Positions 8,090-11,551 of a stretch of DNA of 11,551 nucleotides are shown piece after piece; within the stretch, counting starts at the first letter, position 1, and every line of letters begins with the position of its first letter. The notes beneath the pieces were generated by a model that did not search any database, was not told the DNA's origin, and worked only from the letters and a program-made list of their open reading frames with translations. The translations under genes and the position numbers were made by a program. Source of the DNA: Bacteriovoracaceae bacterium (GTDB lineage: Bacteria > Bdellovibrionota > Bacteriovoracia > Bacteriovoracales > Bacteriovoracaceae); the NCBI GenBank assembly GCA_041586955.1, contig JBFGZE010000096.1, positions 1 through 11,551 of the forward strand, in the 5' to 3' direction.

Positions 8090-8119
8090 TTTAAAGCAAA
8101 AAACTCTCAAACATATAAT
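8090..8119 (+). promoter_or_regulatory. Putative promoter for the BspA-repeat lipoprotein
   Basis: Perfect TATAAT at 8114-8119, with a weak -35 (TTTAAA or TTAAAG at 8090-8096) in an AT-rich region. Confidence 0.35.
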
Positions 8120-8183
8120 AGAAAGGGACGATGATTGACCAATAGGTGCAGGCCATCTTGATTTGTTTGAGGATATTTTTATA

Positions 8184-8240
8184 GTGAAAAATAATTATTT
8201 ATTTATCTCATTTTTATTAACCACATTGCTCTACTCCTGC
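8184..8240 (+). other. Lipoprotein (SPase II) signal peptide
   Basis: MK, then a hydrophobic core YLFISFLLTTLL, then LYS-C at residue 19, followed by a K/P-rich tether. Confidence 0.75.
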
Positions 8241-11200
8241 AAAGGGCCAGAGCTTGAAGTAACGATTAAAAACCCTAAAAAAGCGCCCGAGAAACAAACA
8301 CAAGGGCCGACCTCTTTTATATCAATTTGGAGAACCACTGCTCCTAATGAAAGCATTACACTGCCACTGCGCTCAGGGTATAATTATAACTTCACTATTG
8401 ATTGGGGTGATGCTTCGCCTATTGATACCGTGACAGCATTTAATGATCCCAATATCACTCACACTTATGCCAGTGCTGGAGACTATACCGTTACCATTAC
8501 AGGAACTGTGGAAGCGTGGTATTTTAACAATGGCGGCGACAAAGACAAAATTATTTCCGTAACTGACCTTGGTAATATGGAGTGGATCAATCTTGAGGGA
8601 GCATTTTACGGGTGCTCCAATATGACTTCGCTTGCCGGTGGAGTTACAACGAATGTCATCGATATGAGCAATTTGCTTTATGGGGCCACCAGCTTAACGA
8701 CCCTTGATCTTTCCGACTTTAATACCACCAATGTCACCGATATGAGCAGCATGTTTTATGGGGCCTCCGGCCTAACCACACTAGATCTTTCAAGTTTTAA
8801 TACCGCCAATGTCACCGATATGAACAGCATGTTTTATGGGGCTTCCAGCTTGGCCACACTAGATCTTTCAAGTTTTGATACCGCCAATGTCACCGATATG
8901 AGCAGTATGTTTTATGGAACCTCCAGCTTGGCCACCCTAGAGCTTTCAAGTTTTGATACCGCCAATGTCACCAATATGAGCAGCATGTTTTATGGGGCCT
9001 CCGGCCTGGCCACCCTAGATCTTTCAAGTTTTAATACTGCCAATGTCACCGATATGAGCAGCATATTTCGTGGAACCTCCAGCTTAACCACACTAGATCT
9101 TTCAAGTTTTAATACCACCAATGTCACAGATATGAGTAATATGTTTCGTGGTGCCTCCAGCTTAACAACCTTGGATCTCTCCGGTATTGATACAACAAAC
9201 GTCACCAATATGTACGCCATGTTTTACTGGGCCAACAATTTAACCTCCCTTGATCTTTCCAACTTTAACACGAGTAATGTCACCAACATGCAGGATATGT
9301 TTTATAGTACCTCCAGTTTAGCGAGCTTAGATCTTTCTAGCTTTAACACGGCAAATGTCACCATTATGTCCCGGATGTTTGCGATGTCTCCCAGCTTAAC
9401 CACACTAGATCTTTCCAATTTTAATACCGCCAATGTCACCAATATGAATTATATGTTTTATGGCGATACCAACCTAACGACATTGGATCTCTCTAACTTT
9501 AATACGACAAATGTCACCGATATGAGTTCTATATTCCGCGACACCAGCTCAATGACCACTCTCAACGCCATGGGATGGGATATTTCCGGCGCGGGGGCCA
9601 GCACCAACGTTTTCAACGGAAAAAATGCAGGCCTAGTCGTTTATTGCAAGCAAGGCGGCACACCGGGGACAGGCACCCTCTTTAGCGAACCATGTCTCGC
9701 TCCGCCAACTTCATTTGTTTCTACCTGGAGAACCACCGGTGCGAATGAAAGCATTACTTTACCACTGCGCACAGGGTATAATTATAATTTCACGATTGAT
9801 TGGGGAGATGCTTCGCCCGTTGATACAGTGACGGCGTTTAATGACCCCGATATTACTCATACCTATGCCGCCGCTGGGGATTATACCGTCACGATCACCG
9901 GAACTGTTCAGGCGTGGTATTTTAACAATACTGGCGATAAGGACAAAATTATTTCCGTAACGGACCTTGGCAATATGGGCTGGATCAATCTTAAGGGGGC
10001 ATTTTACGGGTGCTCCAATATGACTTCTCTTGCCGGTGGAGTTACAACGAATGTCACCGATATGAGCAATATGCTTTATGGGGCCACCAGCTTAACGACC
10101 CTTGACCTTTCCGACTTTAATACCGCCAATGTTACCAATATGAGCTATATGTTTCGAGATACCTCCAGTTTAACTGGCCTCAATCTTTCTAGTTTTAATA
10201 CGGCCAATGTCACGACGATGAACTCTATGTTTTATAATGCCTCCAGCTTAACCACCCTGGATCTTTCAAACTTTAACACCGGCAATCTCACCGATATGCA
10301 AAATATGTTTGCTTCCGCTTCTAGCTTAACCACCCTGGATCTTTCCAGCTTTAATACCGCCAATGTCACCGATATGAGTAGGGCCTTTCTTAACGCTTCC
10401 AACATAACGCCCCTCAATTTTTCCAACTTTAATACGGCAAATGTCACCAATATGAGTTTTATGTTTTATGGGGCCTCTAGCTTAACCACTCTGGATCTTT
10501 CCAGCTTTGATACCACAAATGTTACTAATATGAGTTTTATGTTTTTTGGTGCCTCCAGTTTGGCCACCCTGGATCTTTCCAGCTTTAATACGGCAAATGT
10601 CACCGATATGAAATATATGTTTTATAATACCTACAATTTAACCCCTCTCAATCTCTCCAGCTTTGATACCGCAAATGTCACCAATATGAGCTATATGTTT
10701 CGTGGGGCCTCTAGCTTAACAACTCTGGACCTTTCAAGCTTTAATACCGCAAAAGTCACGAATATGAGCTATATGTTTTCTAATGCCTCCGATTTAACGA
10801 GTCTCAACCTCTCTCATTTTGACGTCTCCAATGTTACTAATATGGTGGGGATGTTTCAAAATACCATTTCCTTAATTAACCTCTACACCATGGGTTGGAA
10901 CGTAGCTTCTGTGTCAAGCAGTACTAATATTTTCTCTAATATAAACCCCAGTCTCAAAGTATATTGTGACCAAGGTGGTACACCAGGAAGTGGAGATCTC
11001 TTTCTTGAAACCTGCCTCGTTCCAGATTTTATTTCCATTTGGAGAACTACCACTGCTTCTGAAAGCATCACTCTACCTCTGCGTAGTGGATACACCTATA
11101 ACTTTACTGTCGATTGGGGAGATGCTTCCCCTGTTGATACCATCACCTCAGATACAGATCCCGATATCACTCATACTTATGCCGTGGCCGGAGACTATAC

Positions 11201-11551
11201 TGTCACCATTCAAGGAACAATCGAAGCGTGGTATTTTAATAATAGTGGAGACAAAGATAAAATTATTGAGGTTGTCAATTTTGGTGCTGGAGGATGGATT
11301 AACCTAGAGGGCGCTTTTCATGGTTGTGGCAACCTCACTTCTTTTTCTGGAGGTACGACCACTAATGTCACCAATACGATCTCCATGTTTCAAGGAACAA
11401 GTGCACTAAGCGCGCTTAATTTATTCTCTTTCGATACTGCTAATATTACTGATATGAGTAATATGTTTCGAGATACTTCTGCATTAACAGCGCTTAATAC
11501 CACCGGATGGGATATTTCTTCTGCCGGTGCCAGCACCGATGTTTTTTTAAA
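8184..11551 (+). CDS. Large BspA-family (DUF285, leucine-rich repeat) surface lipoprotein with PKD-like domains, 3'-truncated (>1122 aa)
   Basis: Translated by hand: GTG 8184 (GAGGA RBS at 8169-8173), MKNNYLFISFLLTTLLYSC with the lipobox Cys at 8238. No in-frame stop occurs before the window ends. It contains three PKD-like domains (FxSxWRTT...F(T)xDWGD...THTYAxAGDYTVTIxG) and 25 repeats of xNVTxMxxMFxxxxxLxxLDLSxFxT. Confidence 0.92.
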   Translation, partial: MKNNYLFISFLLTTLLYSCKGPELEVTIKNPKKAPEKQTQGPTSFISIWRTTAPNESITLPLRSGYNYNFTIDWGDASPIDTVTAFNDPNITHTYASAGDYTVTITGTVEAWYFNNGGDKDKIISVTDLGNMEWINLEGAFYGCSNMTSLAGGVTTNVIDMSNLLYGATSLTTLDLSDFNTTNVTDMSSMFYGASGLTTLDLSSFNTANVTDMNSMFYGASSLATLDLSSFDTANVTDMSSMFYGTSSLATLELSSFDTANVTNMSSMFYGASGLATLDLSSFNTANVTDMSSIFRGTSSLTTLDLSSFNTTNVTDMSNMFRGASSLTTLDLSGIDTTNVTNMYAMFYWANNLTSLDLSNFNTSNVTNMQDMFYSTSSLASLDLSSFNTANVTIMSRMFAMSPSLTTLDLSNFNTANVTNMNYMFYGDTNLTTLDLSNFNTTNVTDMSSIFRDTSSMTTLNAMGWDISGAGASTNVFNGKNAGLVVYCKQGGTPGTGTLFSEPCLAPPTSFVSTWRTTGANESITLPLRTGYNYNFTIDWGDASPVDTVTAFNDPDITHTYAAAGDYTVTITGTVQAWYFNNTGDKDKIISVTDLGNMGWINLKGAFYGCSNMTSLAGGVTTNVTDMSNMLYGATSLTTLDLSDFNTANVTNMSYMFRDTSSLTGLNLSSFNTANVTTMNSMFYNASSLTTLDLSNFNTGNLTDMQNMFASASSLTTLDLSSFNTANVTDMSRAFLNASNITPLNFSNFNTANVTNMSFMFYGASSLTTLDLSSFDTTNVTNMSFMFFGASSLATLDLSSFNTANVTDMKYMFYNTYNLTPLNLSSFDTANVTNMSYMFRGASSLTTLDLSSFNTAKVTNMSYMFSNASDLTSLNLSHFDVSNVTNMVGMFQNTISLINLYTMGWNVASVSSSTNIFSNINPSLKVYCDQGGTPGSGDLFLETCLVPDFISIWRTTTASESITLPLRSGYTYNFTVDWGDASPVDTITSDTDPDITHTYAVAGDYTVTIQGTIEAWYFNNSGDKDKIIEVVNFGAGGWINLEGAFHGCGNLTSFSGGTTTNVTNTISMFQGTSALSALNLFSFDTANITDMSNMFRDTSALTALNTTGWDISSAGASTDVFL
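8649..9584 (+). repeat. 78-bp (26-aa) tandem repeat array, module 1, 12 units
   Basis: NV(T/I) codons recur every 78 nt from 8652 to 9510. The last unit grades into the cap sequence GWDISGAG. Confidence 0.92.
10047..10904 (+). repeat. 78-bp (26-aa) tandem repeat array, module 2, 11 units
   Basis: NVT/NLT/KVT codons recur every 78 nt from 10050 to 10830. Confidence 0.92.
11361..11516 (+). repeat. 78-bp repeat array, module 3, only 2 units
   Basis: NVT at 11364 and NIT at 11442, followed directly by the cap GWDISSAGASTDVF. Confidence 0.85.

Larger units (their letters stand above)
8307..11551 (+). repeat. Higher-order module repeat (PKD-like domain + N-cap + LRR array + C-cap), 3 copies
   Basis: Modules begin at about 8307, 9705 and 11022. 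Homologous positions are offset by 1398 and 1314 nt. Confidence 0.9.

Noticed and set aside
8098..8103. A6 run in the promoter spacer as a phase-variation tract
   Set aside because: It is too short, and such runs are common in AT-rich DNA.
8649..10904. 78-bp periodic repeats as a CRISPR array
   Set aside because: The period is a multiple of 3 within an open frame, the repeats vary at synonymous sites, there are no unique spacers and no cas genes are present.
8990..11307. Track ORFs 8990-9220(-), 10232-10450(-), 10883-11095(-) and 10966-11307(+)
   Set aside because: These are antisense or alternate-frame shadows of the repeat lipoprotein gene.
8307..11551. Diversity-generating retroelement TR/VR pair
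   Set aside because: No reverse transcriptase is present in the window, both similar copies lie in the same CDS, and the mismatches are not adenine-specific.
11542..11551. T7 run followed by AAA, where loss of one T would create an in-frame TAA
   Set aside because: The current frame reads V-F-L and matches the cap alignment. The tract is short and sits at the window edge, so there is no evidence of slippage.

Overview
Bacterial chromosomal window of about 40% GC. The gene style suggests a Bacteriovorax/Halobacteriovorax-like Bdellovibrionota organism, which is inference only. The left part holds a 5'-truncated Ppx/GppA-family (ASKHA) phosphatase that seems to carry a signal peptide, an acidic protein with a C-terminal YbjQ/UPF0145-like domain coupled to glpD, two paralogous minus-strand outer-membrane proteins, a 61-aa ORF and trxB with a perfect palindromic terminator. 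The largest gene is absent from the ORF track because it has no stop codon in the window. It starts at GTG 8184, stays open to the end (>1122 aa) and encodes a lipoprotein of three tandem modules, each a PKD-like domain plus BspA/DUF285 26-aa repeats plus a cap, with 12, 11 and 2 repeats. The repeats vary mainly at fixed positions and the modules show signs of shuffling. I found no RNA genes, mobile elements, CRISPR arrays or reverse transcriptase. The best novelty candidates are the variable-repeat surface lipoprotein, the apparently exported Ppx with an NTPDase-like motif, and the paired FlgT_C-like/beta-barrel proteins.
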